A stretch of 64,000 nucleotides of DNA from Octopus bimaculoides (GCF_001194135.2 NC_068992.1:522099-586098), one strand, 5' to 3'; numbered from the stretch's first letter, positions 1 to 13,663 are shown. Made by a program: numbers and translations. Notes: generated from the letters alone by a model not told the origin.

Positions 1-2167
1 TGAAGCAAATTTCAAAGTATGTGCCAAGCTAGTGCAAATGACAATAAAATAATATCATTATATTATCTTATATTAAATATCTTTAATCTTTTAATTAGAT
101 ATTTGATCTTTGTTAGTTTGAAAACTTTAAAGATTAAATGAAAATACTGAATAAATTCAAATATGAATAAAAAGATACGATTAATCCCAAATGATAAATT
201 TTATATAAATTCTTTTAATAAATCGGTAAAGATCTGAAAGTAACAGGAAATTATTTTTTACTCGATCTTCCTAATGTAATATAACTCGACACATCCATTT
301 GAAGATCAAGAATTAAGTTGAGCTGTCATAAAGGATCCACAAGTGCTAGAAAAGATTATAATCATCATTAAATTCGATCACCTATAAGCCACCAGAAAAA
401 AAAAAAGTCTTATCCTCTTCAGTAAACACACATCTAAGAAGTGGAAAATGTAATCATTGCAGTAAATATTTGCTACGTCACCAGAGCCCATCACAACCAC
501 CTCTTCAACAAGTATTTTGTTTATTGATATGCAAGAGTGTATCTACTCATTAGCATGTGACTGTGTTGTTACGATTATAGAAATGCAGCAGGTATTGTAT
601 GACACTTGGTTGTTGCAAATAGAAGTTCTATATGAGCAATAAATTTTACGACATTTTAAATTCCAGAAATGCTTTCTAAGCTGTGACGTGTTATAGGTAA
701 CATCTTTTAAATGATTTGTTTGTGCGTGTGACCAATATACATTGACATGACTGACTTCTCTTATACAAAACTCCTAGTATACAATACTTCTCTTGCTATG
801 CCCAGTACAATCAAAATACTGACGACCTTTTATTTTTTTATTTAATTATGGATCGATACCATTCGCGTATTATACACAAAAAACTCCATAGGGAGATAAA
901 AAATTCTAAGTTTCTGTGCCTGAAAAAAATCATTAAAGATCTTGGTCTTCAAGGAACCACTGCGCTCAACATACGCAATTTCTCGTGCCAACAATTGAAT
1001 CCCCAAGATCTGGAAACTGAAAAAAACTCCCCAGCGTTATGAAATCCAACAAAATCCAATTGAAATAGCTCACTGCAGACTCATCACCCTCCTCAACCTG
1101 TCTTTAAACGAAATTGGTAAGTTCACACTTGATATCACAAACCCACACATACAACCCTCTCCAAATTACAAGATTGACTCAAACCACTTCTCTCAGCCAT
1201 CTCGGTACAAACAATTCTTACATAAAAAGTAATTTACATCACGATCACAACATCAAATATCCAACACGTACCATTGCAATTAACACTGTAATTAGCAAAT
1301 CTATCCATTCCGCCCACACCGCTATCCACGTATACCTTAAGGGAAGGAAAACCGCTTGTCATCTCTGCAAAGAGCTGTCCATTGGATACTGGACCTAGTG
1401 CTTTGTTATATTGAAAAAAAGAAAAAATGAAATACTTCCTGTGTTTCATACTTTGGTATTGACATATCAGGCCTTGCTAACATTAAAGCGTTAGTTCTAA
1501 TACATTTTGTAAGAGGCTGAATGATAAATCCGAAGCTATGTATTAACATACCAAGTTTATTATAGCAGACGATGGAACATTTTCACCAAAATTAATCACT
1601 TTTAAAACTGTTGTTATTATGGTGTAAAAATAAACATTTAGATTTGGATATCTTTTGAATATATTACATTTTCTTTAAAAAATTTCGACAACTCGATTTC
1701 AGTGGATCGGTTTTTCTTCCCATAGGAGTAACTTATTTGCATCTACGATTTAGTTATTGATCGTATCAAAGATTCTGTCCGATAAAAAGGCACGTTGACG
1801 AATATTTAGATGTCGGTATTGGCAGCTTTAATACGACCAAGATATGAAATGTGTTAAACCGTGAAATTAGATTCTTAACATAAACACACGCCCGCGTGCA
1901 TAAACATATATTATGTGTATTTTTTTAAAATTTCGAATCTATAAACAAGAAAAAGGTTAAACTCATTACAATGTATTTGCAAGTTGAAGCTTCATTCTTT
2001 GACTAAGCCGATATTTTCTTGAAACATCTGTCGCTTGAAGCAATGATCACCAATAAACATGAGAGATCGAAAAATTACAATTTCAGCTTGAAGCTAATGT
2101 ATATTTCTGTATTTATATATACATGTATTATGTATGCCTTATGTACGTATTTACATATCCATGTGCG

Positions 2168-2220
<53 letters not shown>

Positions 2221-2415
2221 GCTGAGACCCCCTTCGGTCATGACTGACCCTGGGATTGCACCTACAAAGTTACACTCTGAAGCACAAGTCTGGGCAAGGT
2301 TGTTAATAGAAGACCAGCAGTCGCCCATGCATACCGGCCTCCTCTCTCCACGTTACCAGTGTTATCCAAGGGAAAGGACGATACAGCTTGGCACATGTGA
2401 CGTCCCAGCTCATAT
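2221..2415 (-). mobile_element. 3' tail of tRNA-derived SINE type C (same family as 32292-32585)
   Basis: Near-identical to 32292-32480 (ccccttcggtcatga...gggattgca...aagggaaagg...cgatacagcttggcac); starts right after a (TA)n run. Confidence 0.8.
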
Positions 2416-2419
2416 ATGG

Positions 2420-3815
2420 GGAACTGCATTGAATCTTAAAATTCGTGGTAAAAGACCAAAAGAATTAGTCGGAATGAATGGGCTTTTTAACTCCAGTCGA
2501 GCATAAATGGCTACTAGTCTAAAAGCATCAACTCCGCTGCCGCTCACGTCCAGGACCATCAGTTCATTTTCCGGAGTCAAGAAGACTGCCCGTAGCTTGA
2601 GGTCTGTCGGGATCTGGTAGTAACGCCTTTACCAGATCCCGACAGATCACGAGATGAGAATGTCTCAAAGATGTCGAAAATGAGCGTGAGTATGTGTGTT
2701 TCAGAATCACTGATTTCATTGTGGGCTACCATATACATATGGACTGATCTGAGATTGTTGAGCATGTGATCTTGTTTCCAAACTGACCCCAAGCCACGCA
2801 ATTTCACGTATCCACGTTTGTCGCAGAAAGAATAAGGAATAATTCACTCACTCCAGACCAAATCAGAACCGATGCAACATAGCAGAATGGAGACTCTAGC
2901 CGAATGGACTTATCTCTCAGGGTGTTGACCTACAAGGTCACTGACCTGTCCATGGTAATTTTAACTTCTTTTTCCTTCTGTTTCTAAGACTTGTGCCGAC
3001 CGCCTCGACTTTCGTAGTGTATGACACTATTGTGGTGGAATCGTCTGCATATATTGTCATGTTAAGAATTTTAATATCTCTAATTTCTGTTGCTTTGTCT
3101 TGATAGTGAGTAAGTACAGAGATGTTGAGACAAGACACCCCTAGCAGACCAAGCGTGTAATTCGAAAAACTTTTTATTGGTTGTCATGTACTTTGGCCAT
3201 GGACAGAAATAGTAAAAAAACTAGACTTTAAAAGCCAGATCAAACAAGCTGCTGAGAGGACAGTTACAAAGTGATAGTGGTCAGTTATACAGAAAGCTTC
3301 CAGTTGCATATCATTTGAAATGGACGTTGTTGATAGCTCACTCAGGATTACACAGCTCTGTACTTTGCCAAGTTCTTTTTTAGTACCTTGGCTAAAATTG
3401 GAAACTCTGTATTCATCAGCGTTATGAACGGAAGTTATTGAGAGCATTCCTTTTGTTGAAGTTAATCCAAACAGCGCTGTCACTTTTCAGCTCAGAGAAG
3501 TGAAAATATTACTGCTACTTTTAGGGCAAACCATTTAAACCAAGCGATTAGCACCATGCTCAGGACTGCCCATTCTCTGCTGGGAATAAAGCAGACGGAC
3601 AAAAGAAGCACTGGAATCAGCCACTTCTCTGATCCATTTCTTTCTGCCACGAAAAGCTGGGAAAAGCTGCGGTGAAAAGCCGAACGAGTCTGCTTGGAAT
3701 AATAATTTCCTTATTGCAACAAGCGGGACATTACAAATAGGAATTGCAATACTAACATAATGATGGCCGCGTCCTTTGTATCAATACGGTCTTGTGTTAA
3801 TATTGGCAGATGAGC
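2420..3815 (-). mobile_element. Degenerate L1/Tx1-clade LINE ORF2 (reverse transcriptase) remnant
   Basis: Minus-strand translation gives ILAKVL, QSCVI(P)S, EAFCITDHYHFVTVLSAA (KAFDRVDH-like), RITRLVC*GCLVSTSLYLLTI (RQGCPLSPLLY-like) and MTIYADDSTTIVS (YADD); many stops and frameshifts. Confidence 0.8.
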
Positions 3816-3850
3816 TATCGTCTTATTTCAGAGAATAGCTTTTAGAACAG

Positions 3851-3883
<33 letters not shown>

Positions 3884-4146
3884 GCACGCGCACGCGCGCA
3901 ACACACACACACAAACACGCACGCGCACACGCGCACACACGCACACACACACGCACACACACACGCACACACACACGTACACACACGTACATATATAGAT
4001 AGAGACAGATATAGACGCACAGAAACACACATACATAGATACACATGTACGAATATCTATGAATGTACGGTTATGTTTTGCGCCAATGTATGTAAAATAC
4101 ATTTATAAATACATACGTACACACACAGACACACACACACACACAT

Positions 4147-4193
<47 letters not shown>

Positions 4194-4385
4194 TACACAT
4201 ATACATTTATCATATGTTTAACGCACAAACAGCCGTATACACACATGTAGCAGATTCTATAAAAATAAAACAAATACACAGAGAAGCTGGTTTTGATGTA
4301 GACACTATTCATATGAAAAAAACATTAATTCGTAAACTCTTTCTTTCTCTTTCTCTCTCACACGCACCCCCACACATACTGTTAT

Positions 4386-4419
<34 letters not shown>

Positions 4420-5995
4420 TCATACATATTGTCGTATACCATGACACGCAAGCAAGGAAAATTCACATATTTACTTCCACGCGTAGAAGGAGATTATCCG
4501 ATTAGAAAAGATTTAAATGGCAAAAGAATATTCAAAGCAGGCGCTTGGAGCGGTTGTCTGATAAGGAAGAATGTCTGATTGCTAAAAGTTTCACACACGA
4601 TAACCGATATATATATATTAAATATATAACAATAGGTTTCCATAGGAAATATACTTGAGTGGTACTCAATAGGGGAACTGGCTGAAGGTTTTTCTATCAC
4701 GATCAATAATCAATAATTGTTTGATTCAATGACCAAGACACCTACATTTATCTGCACTTTGTCCACTTGGCTACGCCTTCATTGGTCTCGTTTTGTTGTC
4801 TATTTCCCTTCTTTCATTTCTAGGTAAGTAAGTTTACCCCATTGGCGCGTTAAATACAAACACTCCCGAGAATTTAACCTGTGAAAGATCGCAGCTTATC
4901 CTTAGAAGTGCTATAATACTCACTCAAAACCATTAAACGTGAGTTAAGTGACTATTTATACGCTCTTGATCGGGATTTCGGAAACATTTATGCTAATTTA
5001 TAAGACAACAGTGACGTGGTAGAATTTAACAGACAGAAATTTGTTAACAATTAGATTTTTAACGAGAAGATAGTGTGTAGTTATCATTACAACGGTATAA
5101 ACATTTTTTTGTGTCAACTAGTCCTTTGTTAAACTGTGACAATAAACCATATACTCAGTTGAATATGTACTAACGTCAATATGATTGATAAAGTCCTTGA
5201 AAGCGATTTTCAACAATAACAATTCAATGACTGATACCAGGAAAATAGTTATAAAAGAGTCTATCACACTCGGGTTCTTCATATAATAATCTAAGTCTTG
5301 TAATACACGAGCGAAGTAAATTTATTAAAAACTCTGTATTAAGTGACTTAATTCATTTTATTGTTGCAGGAATAAGAGATTACGTGTTCAGAAGTAATTA
5401 AATTTCTAATTGGAAACGAAATGTCTTTGTCTATTTTCAATCCAAATTTCATTTAATGCAAAAGTTTGTTATATTCTTAAATACGGAATTAATTAAATTT
5501 TACAGTTTCTCAAGATGCCCAAAACCAGAACTAAACTTGCTGATCAATTCTTCCTTCCTTTAACATTTGTGAACTCTCTTCTAGCTTAGATCTCGCACAT
5601 TGCCCCTAACTAACACGCAAATTGCACATCTTATTCCATTCAGATTTACAAATTTTCAACCCATTCTCAAGTTAATATCTGCTGTTGAAACTTCTGTGAT
5701 ATCTTCGAATATGTAGAATCTAATCTACCTCTCATTAACCATTTCACCTGGTTACCACACACAAAAATATCCAGTTTTGCTGGCTTTGAATCTCTCTGCT
5801 CGCTCCCCTATCTCTGCTTCTATTACTCTCCGAACTCATCGAACAACCAATAACTCGGTAATACTCCACCCGCACTGATGAGACTTTAGTGATTTCAACT
5901 TCTCTTAGCTTTGATCCTCATTCTATACTGGCACTTCCAGTGCGGATGTCAAATCTTTTATAAATTTATAAACTTATATAAAACTTATATAAGAT

Positions 5996-6517
5996 ATGAA
6001 GAAAAGAGAGGATGAAACTAATAAACTGCCCACAGTCTGTCTACCCTATGAGAAAGACCTCTCCGAAAAGATACAAAAGATATGCGGACCATATAACATC
6101 AGGACAGTATTCAAGAGTAATACAACACTTCGCAAATATCTCCTTCGAGTAAAACCACCAATAGAAGAGAATATGACCAAAGACTGCGTGTACTCGATCC
6201 CACGCAGCTGTGGTAGGTTATACAAAGGCTAAACACGCCATCCCCTCAAAATAAGGGTAGACGAACATCACAAAGGTGTGACACGAGGAGATATTGATAA
6301 ATCGGGTATAGTTGATCATGTATGGAAAAATGGAAACCACCTCCCCCTGTGGGATGAAGTTAAAATAATAGACAGAGAACACCACTGGAAAATACGAAAA
6401 CTAAAAGAAGCAGCACATATGCTAGGATGCAATAAGCTCCTAAGCAGACCGAGTGCAGATATGAATAGCATATGGAAACCGGTATTAAGGAAGGATAGGA
6501 AAATATTAGATTTGTAA
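5996..6517 (+). mobile_element. Penelope-like element, 5'-truncated: linker plus GIY-YIG endonuclease, one in-frame stop
   Basis: ORFs 5996-6232 and 6278-6517 share one frame: LPYEKDLSEKIQKI..NIRTVFKSNTTLRKYL..CVYSIPRSCGRLYKG*TRHPLKIRVDEH..SGIVDHVW..HLPLWDEVKIIDREHHWKIRKLKEA. Confidence 0.9.
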
Positions 6518-6727
6518 GCCCTAAAATTTACTCCATTATTGCCCACGGTTCGTTTTCACTATTTTCTTCATTTTCATCAATGTTTTAACGAATTCATTGG
6601 AGGGAAGCACTCCTCCTCTTCATCATCACGTTCCTCTTCAAGTGGAATTTGATAAAGTTGGGAAGTATTTGGGCCGGAGAGAAAAGTATCTGTCTTCATT
6701 CCTTTTAGTCTTAATACAGTTCTATAT

Positions 6728-6795
6728 ATGGCGTAGTGGTCAAGAACGCGGGCTGCTAACCCCAAGATTCCGATTTCGATTCCAAGCAGTGACCT
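6728..6795 (+). mobile_element. tRNA-like (Pol III A/B box) head within the region 3' of the Penelope ORF
   Basis: tggcgtagtggtcaag (A box), ggg-CTGCTAA-ccc anticodon-like hairpin, tttcgattcc (B-box-like), followed by (AAT)n; not a complete cloverleaf. Confidence 0.65.
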
Positions 6796-6873
6796 GAATC
6801 ATAATAATAATAATAATAATAATAATATCGAAAAATACGTGAGGAATGAGAATGCAGGTTCGAAATTTCCCCA

Positions 6874-6920
6874 ATACACTTAATGAAGGATGGCGGGTAT
6901 ATCAGCCGAAACGTTGTTTT
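6874..6920 (+). ncRNA. Decayed minimal hammerhead ribozyme motif (Penelope-associated)
   Basis: acac-TTAATGA-A-ggatg..cagcc-GAAACGTT-g: core has 2 transitions from CUGAUGA, stem II has 1 mismatch, palindromic AACGTT stem III. Confidence 0.6.
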
Positions 6921-9195
6921 AACAACAAACAAGCTGAGGACAAATATCCGTCAAATGTAAATAACGTGCCTTTTAGCTTTGTTCGTAGAATAATGTCTTT
7001 GCAGATCGAGGAAAGGCATTGTAGCGATCCTCACGATTAACCCAAAGAGAAATATGTTCGGCATCTCGATTTTAGCTCTCCAAGAAAAATTTCTGTGATT
7101 CTCATATAAATGACAATGAGCAAAAACCATGAAAGTTTGACCGATAGGTTATCACATAGCACATAATTTTGACATTAATTTCTAATACAAAAACGACAAT
7201 AGTCTAATCATTGGAGGTAGCTGTAATTTGTAATTGATAATAACTAATAATATTCAACCATTTCTATAGATATTGACAGATTGCTTATAAAGATAAACGG
7301 TAATACTTTCTACTAAACTGTAACACTAAATCTGTAATTATTGTTAAGACAACCTCACATATCATTTGTAAATCTTGAATGTTTTCCAAGATATACCTTA
7401 TTTTAGAAGAAAGAAAACTCGTGATGTATTTCTAAAGCGATGAATAATAAATTGAACAGTATTATTAAATAAGAGTATTAATAACGTTCATTTGCAATTT
7501 AATTAGAAAATTTGGAGTAGGACTCAGTGAAGACTGCTACCCAGTCATAGTAGCCTGTTGATAAAAATTCACGTCATTTACATCAGAGAGGCTCATGGGA
7601 AAGACGAGAGAAACGTAGCGTTCCATTTCCTCTGTCTGTTAATAATATGGGGACTTGTTTCTAGATAAAAGCTAACAATATTAATTAATGATTCGATATT
7701 TTTATCTATTGGTCACTTTTAAATAATGTTTTATTTCCTATATTATAATCTTTACTTTTGTTCTTTTTTTTTTACCAGTCATGATTGAAGAAGGGAAAAG
7801 TAAAGTAAAACTAAAAGAAACTATATAATAAGGTTAATTTGTCGATATTATACAGGGAATTGAAGTATTAAAACCTAATCCCAGAGCTTTGACTTATTTC
7901 ATATTCAAATAATATGTCTGTATGTATTTGTATTATATATGTTTTTGTTTTTTGATAGCAAGCCTTCTATATTGTGCTACTTAAAGAGATGAAAAATATT
8001 GTGCGAAAGCAAACTAGTGAGGCGAACGAACCGTGTAAAGAGGCTGAGGAGATGAAAAGGATGATGTGGTTAAAGGGAGAGTGTAAAGTGCAGCGTATGG
8101 TTAGAGAAGGTAAAGGTGCTAACAACAGAGAGGGCGTTAACACAGCCCATCACCGTAATTGTGCCTATCTCACTGTATTAAAAATGGTCACTTGTCACAA
8201 GAGACTCACTTATGATCTTTCATTTATATTTCACACACAAACTATGAACATGATTTACTTGTAAAGAGTTCGGGTTTGCTTGGTCACTTATAGTTCTTTA
8301 TATATATATATATATATGTGTTTATGTACATATATGTGTGTACCTCTATATGTATGAACACACGTACATTCGTACACACACATACGCACACACACACATA
8401 TACATGTATGTATGTATGCGTGTATCTATGCATGCATGTATGTATGTATGTATGTATGTATCTATCTATCTATCTCTCAATATATCTATCTATCTGCATA
8501 CATATAAACGTGCATGACTTTATAGGTACACAATTATACATACAACGAAGTTTAAAAGACAAATGCTTATATGTATTTATGTAAACACACAAAGACAAAT
8601 ATTCACACGTCTGCAGGTACACACACATACGCACAAACACACATGCAAACACACACATACACACGCGCGCGCACACACACACACACTCACATATATATGT
8701 CAGTCAATCAATCTATACATCTATCAGTAAATCTATTTATCGACGTATTCTATTTTGGTTTACAGTAAGTCGTAGCTTTCTCCCTTTACGTACAATACAT
8801 CCTCATACACGCGCTCAAACTCACTCAGACACAAGCATATATCTAGGTTCATACACACGCCAATACATATATAAAGTGTAAAAGTATTCCACTTAGCTGA
8901 TCGGTTCTTGCTGGTTGATTTGGGATGTGGGTGTCACTGGAAGTGTTTGTATTATTGGTAATTTTGTTGATGTCAGTGTAATGGCGTTGATATCTCTTGA
9001 ATCAATTTCACAACGGAATAGTTCCTGGACTTTGCCAAAGTTTTGCACTAGTAAAGCATTTGTAATTTAGATAATGGCAGGGAAAATAAAAAGGTCAGGT
9101 GTTCCAGTCGAAATACATGGTTTAGTCATCAAATTTTTCTAAATGGATATATTTCAATTCATTTGTTGCCCTAATATCGACTGCCAACCTCTAGC

Positions 9196-9256
<61 letters not shown>

Positions 9257-9480
9257 GGTAGCGAGCTGGTAGGCTCGTTAGTATGCCAGGCAAAATGCTT
9301 AGCGGCATTTCGTCCGCCTGCACGTTCTGATTTCAAACTCCGCTAAAGTCGACTTTGCCTTTCATCCTTACGGGGTCGATAAATTAAGTACCAGTGAAAA
9401 CACTGGAGTCGATGTAACCGAATATAGTGCCTTCACAAAAAAAGCAATTCAGGCGTTGTGCTTTTAGTAGAAAGGATTAT
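9257..9480 (+). mobile_element. tRNA-derived SINE type A (Meta-domain-like core)
   Basis: gcgagctgg..cgttag head; gtcgactttgcctttcatcc..ggggtcgataaattaagtaccag core; follows (ATT)n. Confidence 0.85.
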
Positions 9481-10479
9481 CATTATTGTTGTTGTTGTTG
9501 CTGCTGCTGTTATTATTATTATTCATCCGCTGATCTTTGCAACCTTCCTTATAAGGTTTCCTTCAATGGTAACTCGGATTTGTTGTGAGGTGTGATTTTA
9601 TTCTATTTATTCCTATAAGTTTGTCTCGTATTTGGGGCTATTGGGGCAATTAGCGATGTATAGAAATACGTACGCAAACATTGTTATTTGGTTAAGAGTT
9701 TCCTGTTATTTGGAGAAATGATAAAATGTTTGCGACCCTCAAAGAAAAAGAAAGATAGATTCAAAGAATTCAGAATGATTTTCACATAAGACTGAATTTT
9801 CATACGTAAATAAGTATTTGTTTGTAGTTCAGATGACAGCTACCGACATGTTTTGATCTTATTCGAACTCAACAACATTGCCTTATCAACTCAAATATGC
9901 TTTGATCTGCTGACAAAAGTTTGACGAGTAGAAAAAGAGTTTTTTGACAAGCATAATTCTGTAAATTAGAAATAACTAAAAGAAAATAAATGTTAACGAC
10001 ATGAATTCAGATAATTCAGTTAAACGGAGATGAATTGAACGACTGACACAAACATTTTTTTACTGAAATGAAATTTCTTCTTATTTCGAGAAAGAAAGAA
10101 ATTAAAACAAAATAAGCAAAAGAATTAGCAGTAATTGTTGGTAACTCTTAAAGAAAGAATGTTTAATTCATTCAAGAAATTTTAATTCAAGGATTTCACC
10201 TAAAAGATTATTTTTATGTTTAGAGGAAAAATCTGGTTTTTATCAGGAGGCTAGGTCTCAGTTGGAGATATATTTCAGTCTTATGAGATCTTATCAATAT
10301 ATTATAATCTATACAGACCTGTTTTCATGAGTTAACAAGAATTACTGTCAATAGAAAACAAAAAGTGAGCCTAAAGCTATTTGTTGCAATTACGTTTATC
10401 ATTATTATTAGTTTTAAGTGAGCATTCGATACTACTACTACAACTACAACTACTACTACAACTACTACAACTACTACTG

Positions 10480-10529
<50 letters not shown>

Positions 10530-11021
10530 GAGTGAGAAAGCAGCGCATGCCATCAATGTGACACTGGGGTAAAATGTACGAAACGCTATATACCCACCAT
10601 GACTACTCGTCTGATAAGGGTACACGAGACTCACGGATCACAACTACTCAGACATGGCAGAAGTAAATTCCTGGCCTTGAACTTAAATTAGAAAAAAAAT
10701 TTGGTGGGAAGAAGTTAATAGAATCAGTTGAGTGCCGCATATTGTCTTACGGTGATATTTCTTTCAAGCCTTTTACTTTCGGAGTTAAAATCCTGCTGGT
10801 GTCATATTCGTCCCTCATCCTTCCAGAATCATTATGCTAGGCTTGCGATAATCAACTGTTCTGTACCACCAAAGTTCTGGTATTGTGGCTTCATTAGAAA
10901 TTATATTAGTATTGGTAATAGTTTTAGGAGCAGTAGAGTAGCAGAAATGGCGTTTGATTGAGAAATATTCATATTTCAAAGTATTTAGTTTGTCATTCTT
11001 TTTACAAAGTTTCAAAGCATT

Positions 11022-11200
11022 GAGCTGGCAGAATCGTTAGCACACCGGACAAAACGTTTAGTTATTAGCATTTCGTCCGTTCTGGGTTAAAATTCCGCCG
11101 AGGTCGATTTTGCCTTCCATCCTTTCGGGGTCGATAAATTAAGTACCAGTTGAGCACTGTGGACCATATTGGAAGCTTTGTATCTATAATAGAAAGGAAT
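11022..11200 (+). mobile_element. SINE type A copy
   Basis: gagctggcagaatcgttagcac...gaggtcgattttgccttccatcctttcggggtcgataaattaagtaccag. Confidence 0.85.
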
Positions 11201-12092
11201 TCTATTCACCAAGTTTATGACTTTCTATTGTTATTTTTATCCTTCGTTCATCTTTTTATGATGAAATGTGCCCTATAATATATTGAGCTAAACTATTGTC
11301 TTTACTTCTGTATTTAGACGAAATTAATTTAAACATTTACCAACATGCTTTGTGTCCATGTAAAAACCAATACATCGCAGTTTGTTATGCAGTTTTGTAT
11401 CAAAGTGCATTTGTAAGAGCTTCTTATTTTGTCTCACATTCAGTTATCCTCTTCATTTTCTCTGTGTCTTTTCTTCTTGGTAGTAGAAATTTTCCTGTCT
11501 ATTTTTATCTGCTTCCATATCAACTATAAATTATCAATACCCTTGTATGCATCTTTACAGATAACCCTAACATTCCAGTGGTTATGTGACCCTTCTGACA
11601 AATTTACCATTACTCGTGGTAATCTAACAATCTAGAAAACTCTCGTGACACCAAGACACGGAATGTTTCAGAGATATGCTGGCATATATCCCCATCATCT
11701 TAAAGTGATTAGATTATTGTCTTAGAGTAAATAAACAGGTTAACCTGAAGCAATATTCTAATATTTTCACAAACGGTTTCAATCCTTTATTTTATCACAC
11801 ATCCATTCATCTGTCTGAAAGGTACGTTGATTGCACGCAGAAAATGACAGCTAATACAGCTGATGAATGGGGAAACACTGAAGCATAAAAGACTGTTCAA
11901 TATTAATAAAGTGGATTGATTCATGATCACAAAATAAATGCTCATAAATAACGTAAGATGTTTAAACTAAAACATCTGAATAAAGAAATTTGTCCATATC
12001 TACCTACCTACCTACCTACCTACCTACCTATCTGTAAGTGCACACATTCTCTCCATTTCTTTCTTTCTTTTCTTCTTCTTTCTTTCTTTCTT

Positions 12093-12145
<53 letters not shown>

Positions 12146-12957
12146 ATATATATATATATATATATATNNNNNNNNNNNNNNNNNNNNNNNNNNNNNNNNN
12201 NNNNNNNNNNNNNNNNNNNNNNNNNNNNNNNNNNNNNNNNNNNNNNNNNNNNNNNNNNNNNNNNNNNNNNNNNNNNNNNNNNNNNNNNNNNNNNNNNNNN
12301 NNNNNNNNNNNNNNNNNNNNNNNNNNNNNNNNNNNNNNNNNNNNNNNNNNNNNNNNNNNNNNNNNNNNNNNNNNNNNNNNNNNNNNNNNNNNNNNNNNNN
12401 NNNNNNNNNNNNNNNNNNNNNNNNNNNNNNNNNNNNNNNNNNNNNNNNNNNNNNNNNNNNNNNNNNNNNNNNNNNNNNNNNNNNNNNNNNNNNNNNNNNN
12501 NNNNNNNNNNNNNNNNNNNNNNNNNNNNNNNNNNNNNNNNNNNNNNNNNNNNNNNNNNNNNNNNNNNNNNNNNNNNNNNNNNNNNNNNNNNNNNNNNNNN
12601 NNNNNNNNNNNNNNNNNNNNNNNNNNNNNNNNNNNNNNNNNNNNNNNNNNNNNNNNNNNNNNNNNNNNNNNNNNNNNNNNNNNNNNNNNNNNNNNNNNNN
12701 NNNNNNNNNNNNNNNNNNNNNNNNNNNNNNNNNNNNNNNNNNNNNNNNNNNNNNNNNNNNNNNNNNNNNNNNNNNNNNNNNNNNNNNNNNNNNNNNNNNN
12801 NNNNNNNNNNNNNNNNNNNNNNNNNNNNNNNNNNNNNNNNNNNNNNNNNNNNNNNNNNNNNNNNNNNNNNNNNNNNNNNNNNNNNNNNNNNNNNNNNNNN
12901 NNNNNNNNNNNNNNNNNNNNNNNNNNNNNNNNNNNNNNNNNNNNNNNNNNNNNNNNN

Positions 12958-13325
12958 AGATGACAACGTTTCTCTAAAAGAAATGGAAAAACTTTCAAAA
13001 TACAAAGACCTGGAAATAGAGATAACTCGAATGTGGAATCTAAAAACAGAAACAATTCCTATCATAGTAGGTGCCTTAGGTATAATAAAAAAATATTCAG
13101 ACAAATACATAACAAAAACACCAGGACTTACAAATATATATAACATACAGAAAATTGCACTACTGGGTACTGCACACATTCTACGCAAAACACTTTCAAT
13201 ACAGTAAACATAAGAGCACCACAGCAAACCACAGCACATACCCAAGGCGCACAGAGCTGCGCTCGGTAGTGAAGTGAAAGCACGTTGTAAAAATAAAACT
13301 ACTGAATAATAATAATAATAATAAT
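12958..13325 (+). mobile_element. 3' end of R4/Dong-type non-LTR retrotransposon (restriction-like endonuclease C-terminus, 3' UTR, (AAT)n tail)
   Basis: DDNVSLKEMEKLSKYKDLEIEITRMWNLKTETIPIIVGALG...IQKIALLGTAHILRKTLSIQ*, uninterrupted to stop at 13207; ~100-nt UTR; (AAT)n; 5' part lost in N-gap. Confidence 0.85.
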
Positions 13326-13663
13326 AAGGTTAATAATCCATTGAGTCGTCGGCGACTAAACCGGCAACCTCACTAAACATGCTTGGTGATGAGGGCGGAT
13401 TTTCGACACCCAGCGGGATTAAAAGAAGAAAATTCTAACTGGGCACCACCTGCGAGTTCACGCGCTGTTTACCTTGATATGTGGTCTCCATGCCACGCAT
13501 ATATGGTTGTAATACACTGAATCAAAACAATAACAGCAGCAACAACACCACCACCACAAACATCATCATCATCATTATCATCATCATCATCAAAAACAAC
13601 AACAACAACAAAAACAACGAATTAAATGTAGCATTCATAAAGAAAATAACTCTTGCAGCCTCA

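Noticed and set aside
848-1400. Short ORFs that might be an old retroelement remnant
   Set aside because: No diagnostic motif that I can name with confidence.
5500-5900. Possible inverted Penelope 5' fragment and a CTGATGAG at 5876
   Set aside because: Translation is stop-ridden and unrecognised; no GAAA follows the CTGATGA, so no hammerhead.
11860-11880. CTGATGAA..GAAA
   Set aside because: No stem II and no NUH triplet.
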